In this document: in pieces, positions 47,189 to 58,600 of the stretch
Layout of the letters: the number at the start of each line of letters is the position of its first letter
Numbering within the stretch: the first letter of the stretch is position 1
Source: Candidatus Omnitrophota bacterium
Lineage (GTDB): Bacteria > Omnitrophota > Gorgyraeia > Gygaellales > Profunditerraquicolaceae
Direction of reading: 5' to 3'
NCBI GenBank assembly: GCA_041663665.1
Contig: JBAYMG010000002.1
Location: 35,509 to 99,508 of the forward strand
Length of the DNA stretch: 64,000 bases
Notes under the pieces: generated by a model
Told to the model about the DNA's origin: nothing
The model's database searches: none
What the model saw: only the letters and a program-made list of their open reading frames with translations
Made by a program: the position numbers and the translations under genes

Positions 47189-47839
47189 TTACCTCATAAT
47201 TAATTTATGCGGCTTAGCTGTTTTTCTAAAATCTTTTGCTGCACGAATTTCTCGCAATAACCCTAATTTCTTGTTCTTTTCTAATTCATTATAGATTAAC
47301 GTCCAGGCGCAATCCCTATCGCTGTCCACTTCACATTTACCCTTATTTGCCCCGCCACAGGGCCCATTAAGCAGGCTCTTGGCACAAAGCGTAATCGGGC
47401 AAATTCCCGCAGTTTTATCTAAGATGCATTCAGCGCACATCGAACATTTTTCAAAAAAGTTCCCTCGGGCATCCATAACCGCACCAAACAAAGTATTGCA
47501 AGCAGGCAATACCGTTAAATTCAAACGGTCATTATCTTTAAACGACTGAACTGCCAAACCGCAGGCTAAAACCAAAACCGCCTCGGCCAAATTTAAATCT
47601 TGCGCATGCTTTACCAGTTCGGGCTTAAGTTTAGCTGCCACACAAGGCGCTGACGGGATACAAAAACCAGTAACCGTTTTACCGGCCGCCTCAAGACTCT
47701 GCCTCATTTTCAAAATCTCTGCTTCTCCGCCACTCTTACAGGCAGTTGCACATTCCCCACAGCCCACTAAAAATATTTTTTTATATTCTTTAAGGCTGGC
47801 CAATAGTTCATCCTGGGGTTTTAACTGGCTAATAATCAT
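47189..47839 (-). CDS. Cys-rich protein, methylene-THF reductase C-terminal-domain-like
   Basis: More than 15 Cys, including LNGPCGG...GKCE. Confidence 0.35.
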   Translation of the reverse strand: MIISQLKPQDELLASLKEYKKIFLVGCGECATACKSGGEAEILKMRQSLEAAGKTVTGFCIPSAPCVAAKLKPELVKHAQDLNLAEAVLVLACGLAVQSFKDNDRLNLTVLPACNTLFGAVMDARGNFFEKCSMCAECILDKTAGICPITLCAKSLLNGPCGGANKGKCEVDSDRDCAWTLIYNELEKNKKLGLLREIRAAKDFRKTAKPHKLIMR

Positions 47840-47910
47840 CTTAAAAATTTTAACACAATTTAAGTCCTATCTCAAGATAAATAAAGGACTTTTACGCCTG
47901 CAATTATTAC

Positions 47911-49953
47911 TTATTCATCGCGAAAGTGTTCTTCGATGGTTTCAAAAAAAGCCTTATTCTTATTTCTTTTTTCACCAACAATATCTTCCAGTTCAATATC
48001 ATCTAATTCATCCATGCCTGCACTTTGCACATCGACAAACTTTTTAAGTAAACCGCCCTGCTCTAAAAATCGCGAAACTTGGGTAAAGATTGACCCTCCT
48101 GCGTCCATAAAACTTCTCGGGGATCTATCAATATGCGGTTTTAACAAAAAGAGGTTTATCTTGGCCCGGGTAGCTGCAACATAAAATAATCTGCGCTCCT
48201 CTTCGACATCAGCTTCTGTTTCCAAGGATAGATAGGAAGGCAAATGCCCTTCCGCAACGTAAATTAAGAATACGGTATGCCATTCTAAGCCTTTAGCCGA
48301 ATGTATTGTTGATAAGGTAAGCGGCCCATCATCATTGTCTTTCCTGGCCGGCTCAATAATCATTCTTTCCGGTGGCTCCAAAGCCATGTCGACTAAAAAT
48401 TGCTCAACTGTTTTATAGCGTTGGGCAATTCTCAATAGGGAATCCAAGTCATTTAAACGCTTGTTAAAATCATCATACTTAATCTTTAACAAAGGCTGAT
48501 AAAATTTAAGGAATTTATCGATAATCTTAGCCGGGGCGTCTTTTTGGCAATCCACATCGCTTAACAGTTCGAACATTTTCTTAAGTTCTTGGTTTTTCGC
48601 TAATAACTCTTCAAGGCCAGAAATCCCCGGGCTTGCCGCAATAATTCTTGCTGCGGTTTTCGGGCCGATTTTAGGAATTAACAAAAGAGCGCGCAGCCAG
48701 CTAACCTGGTCCTGTTTATTATAGGCAATACGCAAATAGCTTATGACATCCTTAATATGGGCAGCTTCCACAAATTTTTGCCCGCCATATTTGGCAAAAG
48801 GAATATTACGGCTAGCTAACTCCACCTCCAAATCATTAGAATGCCACCCCGAACGGAAAAGTACAGCGACATCTTTTAAAGCAACCCCTTCTTCTCGTAA
48901 TTCTAAAATTTTATCGGCCACAAAGACAGATTGTGAATTCTCGTCGGGACAATCAATAAAAATCGGCACGTTACCATCCTGCTTCTTAGTGTAAAGATTC
49001 TTTTCAAATTTTTCTTTGGCTTGAGCAATAACCGCATTAGTCAAATTTAAAATCGGCTGAGTTGAACGATAATTTTCTTCCAGAGTAATAATCTTGGTGC
49101 CTTTAAATATTTTTGGAAAATCAATAATGTTTTTAAAATTAGCTCCGCGAAAAGAATAAATACTTTGAGCATCATCCCCAACTACCATAATATTAGAATG
49201 CGGCTCAGCTAAAAGACAAGCAATATGCGCCTGCAACTTATTAGTATCCTGGTATTCATCAACCATAATATATTTATATCTGGAAGAAATGCTCTCACGC
49301 GCAGCAGCGTGCTTGCTTAACAGATCTTTCAAGAATACCAATAAATCATCATAATCCAAAAGTGATTTTTGGCGTTTGTATTTGATATACTCATCGCGGA
49401 TTTTTTTTATCTCTTCAGTAAACTCCATAAACTGCGGGTATTCATCATAAAGCACATCAGTAATATCTTCAGACTTGTTCACGCTCTTAGAAATTAATTC
49501 TAAAATAGCATGTTTGCGTGGAAAACGTTTTTCCCCCTTATGAAAACCCAGTTGAGTCCGCACTAAATTAACGGCATCTTCAGCATCAGCTTGATCGAGA
49601 ATAGTAAAATTATTATTAAGCTCTAAAACCTTAGCATATTTTCTTAAAATCATATTGGCAAAAGAATGAAATGTCCCGCCGGAAACATTTTTGCACCTCT
49701 CATCTAAAAGCAAAATTGAACGCCGCAGCATTTCTTCGGCTGCCCGGCGGGTGAAGGTAAGCAGTAGAATTTCTTCCGGCTTTACCCCCTGTTCCACTAA
49801 ATAAGCAACTCGGTGTACCAAAACGCGCGTCTTACCGCTGCCGGCTCCGGCGATAACCAAATGCGGGCCATTGACAGACTCTACGGCCTGAAGTTGTGCA
49901 GAATTTAATTCTTTATGATAATCGATTTTAGACATAAATTTATTTTTGCACAT
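47911..49953 (-). CDS. UvrD/PcrA/Rep-family ATP-dependent DNA helicase
   Basis: VIAGAGSGKTRVL (motif I), DEYQDTN (motif II). Confidence 0.85.
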   Translation of the reverse strand: MCKNKFMSKIDYHKELNSAQLQAVESVNGPHLVIAGAGSGKTRVLVHRVAYLVEQGVKPEEILLLTFTRRAAEEMLRRSILLLDERCKNVSGGTFHSFANMILRKYAKVLELNNNFTILDQADAEDAVNLVRTQLGFHKGEKRFPRKHAILELISKSVNKSEDITDVLYDEYPQFMEFTEEIKKIRDEYIKYKRQKSLLDYDDLLVFLKDLLSKHAAARESISSRYKYIMVDEYQDTNKLQAHIACLLAEPHSNIMVVGDDAQSIYSFRGANFKNIIDFPKIFKGTKIITLEENYRSTQPILNLTNAVIAQAKEKFEKNLYTKKQDGNVPIFIDCPDENSQSVFVADKILELREEGVALKDVAVLFRSGWHSNDLEVELASRNIPFAKYGGQKFVEAAHIKDVISYLRIAYNKQDQVSWLRALLLIPKIGPKTAARIIAASPGISGLEELLAKNQELKKMFELLSDVDCQKDAPAKIIDKFLKFYQPLLKIKYDDFNKRLNDLDSLLRIAQRYKTVEQFLVDMALEPPERMIIEPARKDNDDGPLTLSTIHSAKGLEWHTVFLIYVAEGHLPSYLSLETEADVEEERRLFYVAATRAKINLFLLKPHIDRSPRSFMDAGGSIFTQVSRFLEQGGLLKKFVDVQSAGMDELDDIELEDIVGEKRNKNKAFFETIEEHFRDE

Positions 49954-50081
49954 GGAATGCTTTGATTAATATTTTTTGACTAAACGGAGGGTAAAGATAG
50001 CATAAAGTACCCTAGAAATTACCCCCTTTTTTTTAGAATGAGCCCTTAAAATAAAAGCTCATTTTGTTTACAGGAGGGATT

Positions 50082-50633
50082 TTAAGATTTAGGCTTTACG
50101 TATGCCCGAATAATCTTTTGATCGGTTATTGGGCGGTCATTTGCGCCAACCGGAGTATTTTCAATTTTTTGGACTACATCCAACCCTGAAACAACTTCAC
50201 CAAATATAGTGTGGCGCATATTTAACCAAGGAGTTTTCGCGCAAGTAATAAAAAACTGGCTTCCATTTGTATTTGGCCCGGCATTAGCCATGGCTAAAAT
50301 CCCCGGCCCATCAAACTTTGCTACCGGGGTAACCTCATCTTCAAAAGAACTTCCCCAAATCGATTCTCCACCCATCCCTGTTCCTGTCGGGTCTCCTCCC
50401 TGGATCATAAAACCTTTGATTACCCGGTGAAAAATTAAACCATTGTAATAACCTTTTTCAGCTAATTTAATAAAATTTTCACAAGCCTTAGGCGCAATAT
50501 CTGTTTTAAGCTGAATTTCAATGTTGCCCTGATTGGTTTCTAAAACCACAATTGTTTCATTCATCGCAAAAATTCCTCCGTAGTAAAATGTTAACCCTAA
50601 AACCATAAATAAAATCAATATTTTCTTCTTCAT
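50082..50633 (-). CDS. Cyclophilin-type peptidyl-prolyl cis-trans isomerase (secreted)
   Basis: [15 protein letters not shown]. Confidence 0.85.
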   Translation of the reverse strand: MKKKILILFMVLGLTFYYGGIFAMNETIVVLETNQGNIEIQLKTDIAPKACENFIKLAEKGYYNGLIFHRVIKGFMIQGGDPTGTGMGGESIWGSSFEDEVTPVAKFDGPGILAMANAGPNTNGSQFFITCAKTPWLNMRHTIFGEVVSGLDVVQKIENTPVGANDRPITDQKIIRAYVKPKS

Positions 50634-51403
50634 AATGTTTTTTCGACCTTTCCCTCTTGGGCCCCACCCACAAAAGATGTTTTTTTGCCGGCTTCATGAC
50701 GAAAACGCGCAATTTCTTCGGCGAACCTCTTTAGCCTTTCCTGGCTGGCCTCTAGTTTATTCTCTAATTGAGTATATTCCTGATTAAGCTTATTAAACTC
50801 TAATTTCGGCACCCACTCATTGATTTTTTCTTTTTTATTAAACTCAGCAATAGCAATTACCTGCTCATTAATAACTTTAAGCTGCTCTTGAACCTGCTGT
50901 TTAAGCGACTGAATCTGATCTTCTTTAAGCCGGACGGCAATTTCTTTTTCGGTAAAAGCTAACTTCATTTCATTAAGCGTGCGGGTTAAATTTACATTAT
51001 TGGTAAATTCTGTTTCTAAATCCCCCTCTTTAATAAGAAATTTATTGGTTAAATCGGAATTTTCTAATTTTATTTTTGCCAGCTCGGCTTCGGCTTTTGC
51101 CACCCAATCCTCTCTACGCTTCAATTCATCCAATAACTTAGCCTCATTCCCCTTAGCCCGGTTAAACACAGATTCTCCCTGAAGAAATTCTTCTTTATTT
51201 TTCTTCAGTTGGTTTTCTAATTCAGTTACCCGGCTTTGCAAACGTTGAATTTTTTGTTCTTTACCGGGATCTTCAAGCGCCGGCTGAGAATTTTCATTCT
51301 TTTTATTTTTATTTCTCGATTTTCCGGATACATAGATAGTAAAAACGGCATAAATTACCATGCCAACACTAAGTACTACCAATATTTGCATTATCAGTAT
51401 CAT
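50630..51403 (-). CDS. Membrane-anchored coiled-coil protein (hypothetical)
   Basis: N-terminal TM helix, then long heptad-rich region. Confidence 0.4.
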   Translation of the reverse strand: MILIMQILVVLSVGMVIYAVFTIYVSGKSRNKNKKNENSQPALEDPGKEQKIQRLQSRVTELENQLKKNKEEFLQGESVFNRAKGNEAKLLDELKRREDWVAKAEAELAKIKLENSDLTNKFLIKEGDLETEFTNNVNLTRTLNEMKLAFTEKEIAVRLKEDQIQSLKQQVQEQLKVINEQVIAIAEFNKKEKINEWVPKLEFNKLNQEYTQLENKLEASQERLKRFAEEIARFRHEAGKKTSFVGGAQEGKVEKTL

Positions 51404-51681
51404 AATTTCTTATAAGTTCATCCGAGTTTAATCTCCTGTTCAATAAAAATCCCCGCAAAAGTGCCGTTGGAGAGATAGTCTGAACCGATTTGGTTTCAGG
51501 TGGGTGCCCTACCCTTGACGCCAAAGCGTCATGAGATTGTAGGCTCCCTTGAAAATAGTGTTGGTTCAACAATTATCAGGTTTCCAACGTGCACCGCAGG
51601 GATATCTAAAAGAGCTTTGTATGTTTAAAAAAAGTATAGCACATATTTTTACAAAATCAATCCAGCTGCGTTTTTTATTTT

Positions 51682-53712
51682 TTAACGCAATTTTGCAGCA
51701 AAACGTTCTTGCAATAAAGTACAAGTCGCATTATAAAAAGGCAGAATTTCTTCTTCAGTTAAAGTACGGTCTTCAAGCCGGTAAATGCAAGAGATAGTCA
51801 AGCCTTTAAAACCAGCGGGGATCTGCTTGCCCTGATAGTAATCAATAACCTCAACTGAATGTAATAATGGCGCACCTTTTTCTTTTATTGCGGATAGCAC
51901 ATCCTTAACGGCGATATTCTGTTTAATTACAAAACTTAAATCCCTGGTAATTGCCGGATATTTAAGAATACTCAAGAACTTTTTTTCTAATTTAACACAA
52001 CTAATTAACTGTCCTAAATTAATTTCGGCTAAAACAACTTGCCTATTCTTAATGTCGAAACTAGTTAAAGCCTGCTGGTTTAGGTCAAACATTATGCCTA
52101 TTTGTTTTTGGCCGACAATAATACTAATCTTATCATCATCCTGGCGGACAAAATCAAAACCGGTAATCCCAAGTTTGTTGAACAAAACCTCTAAGATGCC
52201 TTTTAGATGCAAGAGGTTGATTGTATCTTTGACCAAACCCTGCCTGACTAAAAAGGAATTGGTCCCGCATAAAGCTATGGCTAAAACTGGTTCCTCCTGC
52301 ACCGAAGCATTTTTATCCGAAAAAATATTGGCAACTTCAAAAATCCTTATCTGCTCCTGCTTTTGGTCTAAATTATACACCAGACAGCGGATAAGACTGG
52401 GTAAGAGTGTCGGGCGTAAAACTTCCTGCTCACAACTTAAAGGATTGAGAATCTCAATTAATTCTGAAGTTGTTTTAATCCCGGATTTGGCCAGTAAAGA
52501 GCGGTCGACTAAACTATAAGTAATCACTTCATGTAAACCTAAACCACATAAAATATTTTTTAATCCAGAGACTGTGTCCCCTCTGTCAAAAATCTTCTCG
52601 CTTGGCTTTACCGCTGGAAGAGTCTGAGCAATTTTTTCATAACCATAAATACGCGCAACCTCTTCAACTAAGTCTATTGGCAATTTCAAATCTAAACGAA
52701 AATCCGGTATTTTTACAGATAAAATATTCTTCGACTGCAATTTTACCTGTAAACCTAATTTGCTCAATATTTGCTTAATTTTAATAACCGGGATTTCTGC
52801 CCCTAACACTTTGTTTACATACACAGGATCTAGATCAATCGCCGGGCCATTTAATTTAGAGATACCCAGAGTTTTATAGCCACCAGGCCTACCAAAAGCT
52901 AGCTCTAAAATTAATTCCTGGGCTTTTAAAGAAGCCAAAGTCGCTGCGCTTAAATTTACCCCTCTTTCAAATCTATACGCCGATTCCGACTGCAGCCCTA
53001 ATTTTTTTCTGCCACAACGCACAAGCATAGGGTTAAATACTGCTGATTCAATTAAAATGTTGTGCGTACCTGCGGTGACCTCGGTATCTTTTCCTCCCAT
53101 TACTCCGGCAATAGCTACCGGATTATCCTTGCCCGCAATAACCAAAATCTCAGGACCTAATGCTCTCTCCTGGCCATCAATAGTAATAATTTTCTCGTTT
53201 AACTTGGCCCGGCGCACAGAAAGCTCACCCCCGACCAGCTTATCCAAATCAAAAGCATGTAACGGTTGGCCTAAAGCAAATAAAACATAATTAGTAATAT
53301 CAACAACATTATTTACGCTACGGCATCCCATTAATTCCAGCCTATTTTTAAGCCATTCCGGAGAAGGTTTAACTTCAACATCACGGATTATCCGAGCACT
53401 ATAGAACGAACAATCTTTTTTATCCGTAACTGAAATTTTTAAGGGCAAAATGGATTTAATTTTTGACTTTGCTTCCTTAAGATCAGGGTTTTTAAGTTCA
53501 CCCCCGCAAATTGCACCTACCTCACGGGCAATCCCCAAAAGACTTAACCAATCCGGCCGGTTTGAAGTTATTTCGATCTCAAAAACAAAATCCCCCCCGA
53601 CAGCCTCTTGAGAAACAACCTCGAGGCCGGCCATAGTCAGCTTTTCAGCTAGCTGGTCAGGTGAAATTTTTAAATTAATATAGTCTTTTAACCAATTGTA
53701 AGTAACTTTCAT
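51682..53712 (-). CDS. pheT: Phenylalanine--tRNA ligase beta subunit
   Basis: MKVTYNWLKDYINL start. B3/4 and B5 domains, coupled to pheS. Confidence 0.85.
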   Translation of the reverse strand: MKVTYNWLKDYINLKISPDQLAEKLTMAGLEVVSQEAVGGDFVFEIEITSNRPDWLSLLGIAREVGAICGGELKNPDLKEAKSKIKSILPLKISVTDKKDCSFYSARIIRDVEVKPSPEWLKNRLELMGCRSVNNVVDITNYVLFALGQPLHAFDLDKLVGGELSVRRAKLNEKIITIDGQERALGPEILVIAGKDNPVAIAGVMGGKDTEVTAGTHNILIESAVFNPMLVRCGRKKLGLQSESAYRFERGVNLSAATLASLKAQELILELAFGRPGGYKTLGISKLNGPAIDLDPVYVNKVLGAEIPVIKIKQILSKLGLQVKLQSKNILSVKIPDFRLDLKLPIDLVEEVARIYGYEKIAQTLPAVKPSEKIFDRGDTVSGLKNILCGLGLHEVITYSLVDRSLLAKSGIKTTSELIEILNPLSCEQEVLRPTLLPSLIRCLVYNLDQKQEQIRIFEVANIFSDKNASVQEEPVLAIALCGTNSFLVRQGLVKDTINLLHLKGILEVLFNKLGITGFDFVRQDDDKISIIVGQKQIGIMFDLNQQALTSFDIKNRQVVLAEINLGQLISCVKLEKKFLSILKYPAITRDLSFVIKQNIAVKDVLSAIKEKGAPLLHSVEVIDYYQGKQIPAGFKGLTISCIYRLEDRTLTEEEILPFYNATCTLLQERFAAKLR

Positions 53713-53715
53713 AAT

Positions 53716-54729
53716 TTAGAATTGCTTTAAAAATCTTAAATCATTTTCAAAAAATAAACGGATATCGTTGATCCCGTATTTTAACATAGCGATTCTTTCA
53801 ATCCCCATACCAAAAGCAAAACCGGAATATTTCTTTGCAGCATACCCTACCTGTTTAAAAACATTAGGGTGAATCATACCTGCGCCAAGGATTTCAAGCC
53901 AGCCTTTTTTACCGCAGACAGAACACCCTTTGCCTTTACAAATAATACAAGATATATCCACCTCTGCCGACGGCTCAGTAAAAGGAAAAAAGTGCGGCCT
54001 AAAACGCATTTTAATATCTTGGCCAAAAATATTCTTGGCAAAAAACTCTAACGTCCCTTTTAGGTCAGAAAATTTAATGTCGGTGTCAACTAAAAAGCCC
54101 TCAATCTGATTAAACATAAACAAATGGCTGGCATCAACAGCATCCGGCCGATAAACCCTGCCAGGAACTATAATCGCCAGTGGAGGTTTTTGGGTTTTCA
54201 TTGCGCGTACCTGCATTGGAGAAGTATGGCTACGCAAAAGAAGTTTAGAATATTTTTTTAGATAAAAGGTGTCAAAAGCATCCCGGGAAGGATGATCTAA
54301 GGGGATGTTCAAACCGGTAAAATTATTATATTCTGTTTCAACCTCCGGCCCCTGGACAATTGAAAAACCCATCCGCTTAAATATGGCGCAGATTTCATCA
54401 ATAACTTGAGTAATGGGATGCAGGGAACCTGGCTGATTAGCAATCCCCGGCATTCCGATATCTAAATTATTTTGCTCTAAAATACTGTTTTTATTTTTTA
54501 GTAACTTATCTTTTTCTTCAATGAAGCTCAGCAACTTGTTTTTTAAAACATTAACTTCTTTCCCAAATGGGCCTCTTTGCTCAACTGGAAGAGAAGCAAT
54601 AGTGCCAGTCAATTCTGAAATCAACCCCTTCCTGCCCAAATATTTAATGCGCACTTCTTCCAGGATGTCTAAAGAGGTGACTCTAGCTAAATCGGTTTCT
54701 ATCTGCGTTTGAATAAGGTTAATATCCAT
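53716..54729 (-). CDS. pheS: Phenylalanine--tRNA ligase alpha subunit
   Basis: Class II motifs FRPHFFPFTEPSAEVD and GAGMIHPNV...GFAFGMGIERI. Confidence 0.9.
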   Translation of the reverse strand: MDINLIQTQIETDLARVTSLDILEEVRIKYLGRKGLISELTGTIASLPVEQRGPFGKEVNVLKNKLLSFIEEKDKLLKNKNSILEQNNLDIGMPGIANQPGSLHPITQVIDEICAIFKRMGFSIVQGPEVETEYNNFTGLNIPLDHPSRDAFDTFYLKKYSKLLLRSHTSPMQVRAMKTQKPPLAIIVPGRVYRPDAVDASHLFMFNQIEGFLVDTDIKFSDLKGTLEFFAKNIFGQDIKMRFRPHFFPFTEPSAEVDISCIICKGKGCSVCGKKGWLEILGAGMIHPNVFKQVGYAAKKYSGFAFGMGIERIAMLKYGINDIRLFFENDLRFLKQF

Positions 54730-55187
54730 ATTAAAAATAACAGCCCCAGTAAAATAAGACTTAAGTATATTTTATCAATATTTAACTTTTGATTAACTAT
54801 CCGGCCGGTTCCGGTTTTACGTAAAGTTTGAGCATGGATATCCAGGTCTCCCCCATGCTCAAGGCAAGCCCGGTGGAATACCCCAACTACCTCTATAATA
54901 TCACCTCTTACCTTATAGCTACCAGAAAAATTTATATCTTTGGCCAAAGCAGAACTCATCCAAATACCCAGCGCATTATTCCCGTCATTAATATTGACCC
55001 AGGCAAATCTACCGCGAACCATCACATCCCCGATAATCTCGCCGGCATAGGTAACCAATTTTCCATCATATTGTTTGGAATTTTTAATTAATTCATTACT
55101 GTTTATGCTTTGGGAAAATGAAGTTTCCTGGCCAAAAGCTAAAACAAAAAACAAAATTGTCGAAATTAACTTAAGATTATTTGTCAT
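54699..55187 (-). CDS. Secreted protein with C-terminal membrane anchor (hypothetical)
   Basis: Signal peptide plus C-terminal hydrophobic helix LSLILLGLLFLIWILTLF. Confidence 0.35.
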   Translation of the reverse strand: MTNNLKLISTILFFVLAFGQETSFSQSINSNELIKNSKQYDGKLVTYAGEIIGDVMVRGRFAWVNINDGNNALGIWMSSALAKDINFSGSYKVRGDIIEVVGVFHRACLEHGGDLDIHAQTLRKTGTGRIVNQKLNIDKIYLSLILLGLLFLIWILTLFKRR

Positions 55188-56686
55188 TTCCCTTTAATTG
55201 CTGCGTATAAAAAGCCTAGAATTGTAAATACTGACATAAACTCTAACCGGCCTGCCCACATCTGTGTTATATAAGTAATTTTTAGCCCGGCGGGCATAGT
55301 GGTATTGGTAATCCCGCAGGATAATCCCACATTAGCTGCCGCAGAGGTAGATTCAAAAAGCGATTCTAAGAAAGGATTGCCGTAGAACATACCGACCAAT
55401 GCACCTAAACCATATAAAATTATATAAGCTAAAGTAATAATTAAGGCACTTCTAACTAATTTATCTTCTAAAAATATTTCTTTAATATGATGAAACTTCT
55501 CAACAACTACCGCCTTCTCCGGCATAATAATTCTTTTCAAATCTTCTTTAAATGCTTTTATAATTATACCAATGCGCAGCATTTTAATCGCACCGGTAGT
55601 TGAACAAACTGCGCCTCCTAAGGCCATCGCCAAAATTATCCCCGAAAGTGCCAGGGGGTTCCAATCGCTAATAAATTGTTGCGGATAAATTGTCTGGAAT
55701 CCTGTGCCGGTATGCCCGGAAACAAGTTGATAAAAACCTTTGCGGAAAAGCAGCAAAGCATCCGGATAACTTCCAAACTGCGCCAACCCGACAGCAACAA
55801 TAAAAAACGTACTAACAATAGTAATAAAAAGTGCGCGAGTTTCAATATTCTTAAATATCTCCTTACGATTGCCCATCCATAAATGATAATGTAATTTAAA
55901 ATTAAGCGCCCCTAAAATCATGATAACTATAGTAATAATCTCATAGGCTATACTATGATAATAAAGCATGCTCTGCGACTGTGGGCTAAACCCTCCGGTA
56001 TCAAAAGCAGCCATAAATATACATGCTCCGTGAAAAAATGAATTAACCGGTTTCATCCCGTTAAATATCCCGGTAACACCTAAAGCCAGTGTGCCTATAA
56101 TTAAATAAATAATGCTGACCATCCAGATAAACCTGGAGGTATGAATTACATTAGGCATAATCTTCTCATCGCGTGCTTCTCCGACATACATCTTAAATGC
56201 CCCGGAAAATCCTCGGACAAAAAATGAAAGAGCAATAACCACGATGCCTTGGCCACCCAAAAACATAATTAGATGCCGCCACAAATTATGCGTATAAGAA
56301 ATGTGATCTAAATTTTGTACTAATGTCAAGCCGGTGGTAGCAAAACCGGACATAGTATCAAAACAGGCATCGAGGAAAGATTTCCAGTGGCCGCTTAAAT
56401 ACAAGGGTATTGCACCTAAAATCATTGCCACAATCCAAGAAAGACTGACGACAATCATGCCTTGCATCCAGTTTAGATCTTTATCTGTATGGCAAATTTT
56501 AATTAAGAGAAAACCTAATAAAACTGATATTTCAATACCGATTATGAAATCTATGGCGGGATTAATTTCCTGAAAACAGAGGCCGGCTAAAATTGGGATA
56601 ACCATTGTAAAAGCTAGCCCTAAAATTATCTTGCCCAAATAAAAACCAATAATTTTTAAATCCTGGATACTAGGTCTAAGAATCAT
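55184..56686 (-). CDS. trkH: TrkH/KtrB-family K+ transporter membrane subunit
   Basis: 500 aa polytopic. Repeated pore-loop GxG segments (GFATTG, GHTGTGF, GLSCG). Confidence 0.8.
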   Translation of the reverse strand: MILRPSIQDLKIIGFYLGKIILGLAFTMVIPILAGLCFQEINPAIDFIIGIEISVLLGFLLIKICHTDKDLNWMQGMIVVSLSWIVAMILGAIPLYLSGHWKSFLDACFDTMSGFATTGLTLVQNLDHISYTHNLWRHLIMFLGGQGIVVIALSFFVRGFSGAFKMYVGEARDEKIMPNVIHTSRFIWMVSIIYLIIGTLALGVTGIFNGMKPVNSFFHGACIFMAAFDTGGFSPQSQSMLYYHSIAYEIITIVIMILGALNFKLHYHLWMGNRKEIFKNIETRALFITIVSTFFIVAVGLAQFGSYPDALLLFRKGFYQLVSGHTGTGFQTIYPQQFISDWNPLALSGIILAMALGGAVCSTTGAIKMLRIGIIIKAFKEDLKRIIMPEKAVVVEKFHHIKEIFLEDKLVRSALIITLAYIILYGLGALVGMFYGNPFLESLFESTSAAANVGLSCGITNTTMPAGLKITYITQMWAGRLEFMSVFTILGFLYAAIKGK

Positions 56687-56804
56687 AGCTTAAAGTATAT
56701 TACCGAACAAATTAAAAAAACTACCAGCAATATAATAAAAACATATAAAATTTCTGTAGCTATACCAAGAGTAATATTCCAGGTCGATCTGAATTTCATG
56801 ATTT

Positions 56805-57467
56805 TTAAAGTTTCCCAGCCAGAAGATTAAGCAGTTGCGGCTCGTTGCCAATCAAGGTAAGCGCGATAACATCATCACCGGGCTCTAACACCGTATCCCC
56901 CTTAGGAAGAATTACCTCTTCACCTCTGACAATAGAAACTAATACTGCATCTTTTGGTAAAGCAATATCTTTTACTTGTTTTTTAATAACCGGGGCATCA
57001 CTGGGCAGGTCTACGCGGACAATAGCCAGCTTGCCGCGTTTAAAACTCATTAAATTTACAAAATCTGAAAAAGAAACCTCTTCTTCGATAATTTTAGCAA
57101 TAATCTTAGTTGAATCAACCGGTATATCAACTCCTAATTCATTAAAAGTATGCTCATTATCGGGATTATTAACTCGCCCGACAGTACGCTGCAAATTAAA
57201 TTTTTCTTTAGCTAGTTGACAAATAATTAAATTATCCTCGTCATCACCGGTTACTGCTGCCAAAACATCAGCCCGCATAATTCCGGCTTCTTCAAGTATT
57301 TTTGGATCGCAGGCATCACCGCTGACTACGAGAACCTCTAATTCTTTGGCAATCTCTTCACAAATCTGACGGTCTTTATCGATAATACTTACTGTATGTT
57401 TGCCCTGGCAAAGCCGCTTGGCTAAAAAATACCCGACTTTACCTGCCCCAACGATCAAAATATACAT
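56805..57467 (-). CDS. trkA: TrkA/KtrA-like NAD-binding K+ transport regulatory subunit
   Basis: MYILIVGAGKVGYFLAKRL Rossmann plus TrkA-C. Confidence 0.8.
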   Translation of the reverse strand: MYILIVGAGKVGYFLAKRLCQGKHTVSIIDKDRQICEEIAKELEVLVVSGDACDPKILEEAGIMRADVLAAVTGDDEDNLIICQLAKEKFNLQRTVGRVNNPDNEHTFNELGVDIPVDSTKIIAKIIEEEVSFSDFVNLMSFKRGKLAIVRVDLPSDAPVIKKQVKDIALPKDAVLVSIVRGEEVILPKGDTVLEPGDDVIALTLIGNEPQLLNLLAGKL

Positions 57468-57469
57468 AT

Positions 57470-58123
57470 TTACTTATCTCCTAAATGAAGCTTCGCTCTA
57501 ACTTCTTTTAGGCTGGAGACTTTAACTAGCCCCATCAAAATATCTTTATCTTTCAAGACAGTTTTAGGCTCAGGTATAATAACCCCTTGCATCCGGCGCA
57601 AAGCAACAACAATAAGCTCCGCAGGTATATTTATATCCTGGATAGTTTTGCCTACCAAACTATCTTTTACTTCAACTTCAATAACCCCCAAGTCCTTAGA
57701 TTCAATCAAATAACTTGAAAACCGGCTATCAATAATTTTATCTCTAAGCATTGCGGCGAAAAGCGTAGTCCCGCTAATAATATTCAGGCCCAGAGCCGCA
57801 TAAATATGCGCGCGCTGAGGATCATAAACGCGGGCAAAAACTTTAGGCACACGGAAAATTTTCTTAGCAACTTGGGCGCTGATTAAATTAGTATTATCGC
57901 CGTTGGTTACGGAACAAAAAGCGTCAGCTTTTTCAATACCCACCTGTTTCAAAAGAGCCAAGTCAAAACCATTGCCGACCATGGTTAATCCGTTGAAAGT
58001 ATTCCCTAAACGGCCGAATGAATCCTGTGATTTATCAATCACTACTATATCATGGCCTTCTCCGGATAGAAGCTTAGCTAATTCTGCCCCCACCCTTCCG
58101 CAGCCCACAATAATTACATACAT
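57470..58123 (-). CDS. trkA: Second TrkA/KtrA-like NAD-binding subunit
   Basis: MYVIIVGCGRVGAELAKLL Rossmann plus TrkA-C. Confidence 0.8.
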   Translation of the reverse strand: MYVIIVGCGRVGAELAKLLSGEGHDIVVIDKSQDSFGRLGNTFNGLTMVGNGFDLALLKQVGIEKADAFCSVTNGDNTNLISAQVAKKIFRVPKVFARVYDPQRAHIYAALGLNIISGTTLFAAMLRDKIIDSRFSSYLIESKDLGVIEVEVKDSLVGKTIQDINIPAELIVVALRRMQGVIIPEPKTVLKDKDILMGLVKVSSLKEVRAKLHLGDK

Positions 58124-58222
58124 AAATAACCTCTTGCGTATAAATACACATTAAGCGCATTTTGCGCTACTTAAGATACAACACAATATCTATAACCGCA
58201 AATGTCGACTGACATCCAACGT

Positions 58223-58570
58223 TTATTTTTTTACTTTCTCGACTAATTTTTTGAAAGTAAGGCTGTCTCTTACCGCTAGATCTGCCAGAATCTTGCGGTC
58301 AAGATTGATTTTAGATTTTTTTAGTCCGCTCATGAATGCGCTATAAGTAATTCCGACCTCTCTACAGGCGGCATTAATGCGCGCAATCCAAAGCGCACGA
58401 ATTTCACGCTTTTTATTGTGTCGGTCACGATAAGCATATCTAAGCGCACGCATAAGGGTTCTTTTGGCCTGCTGATATTGCTTACTGCGATCACCCCAAA
58501 ACCCTTTGGCCTGCTTAAGAACCTTCTTTTTTCTTTTACGTGTTGCTACGCTGTGTTTAGCTTTTGCCAT
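58223..58570 (-). CDS. rplT: 50S ribosomal protein L20
   Basis: [26 protein letters not shown]... Confidence 0.9.
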   Translation of the reverse strand: MAKAKHSVATRKRKKKVLKQAKGFWGDRSKQYQQAKRTLMRALRYAYRDRHNKKREIRALWIARINAACREVGITYSAFMSGLKKSKINLDRKILADLAVRDSLTFKKLVEKVKK

Positions 58571-58600
58571 TATTAATCTCCTTTAAAATACAACTGCTTT

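Noticed and set aside
51404-51681. Structured-looking intergenic region and 67-aa ORF (51369..51572) between pheT and the coiled-coil gene
   Set aside because: It contains a small hairpin (gacgc-caaa-gcgtc) but no recognisable ncRNA family signature such as SRP, 6S, tmRNA or T-box. The ORF is short, lacks an SD and is probably spurious.
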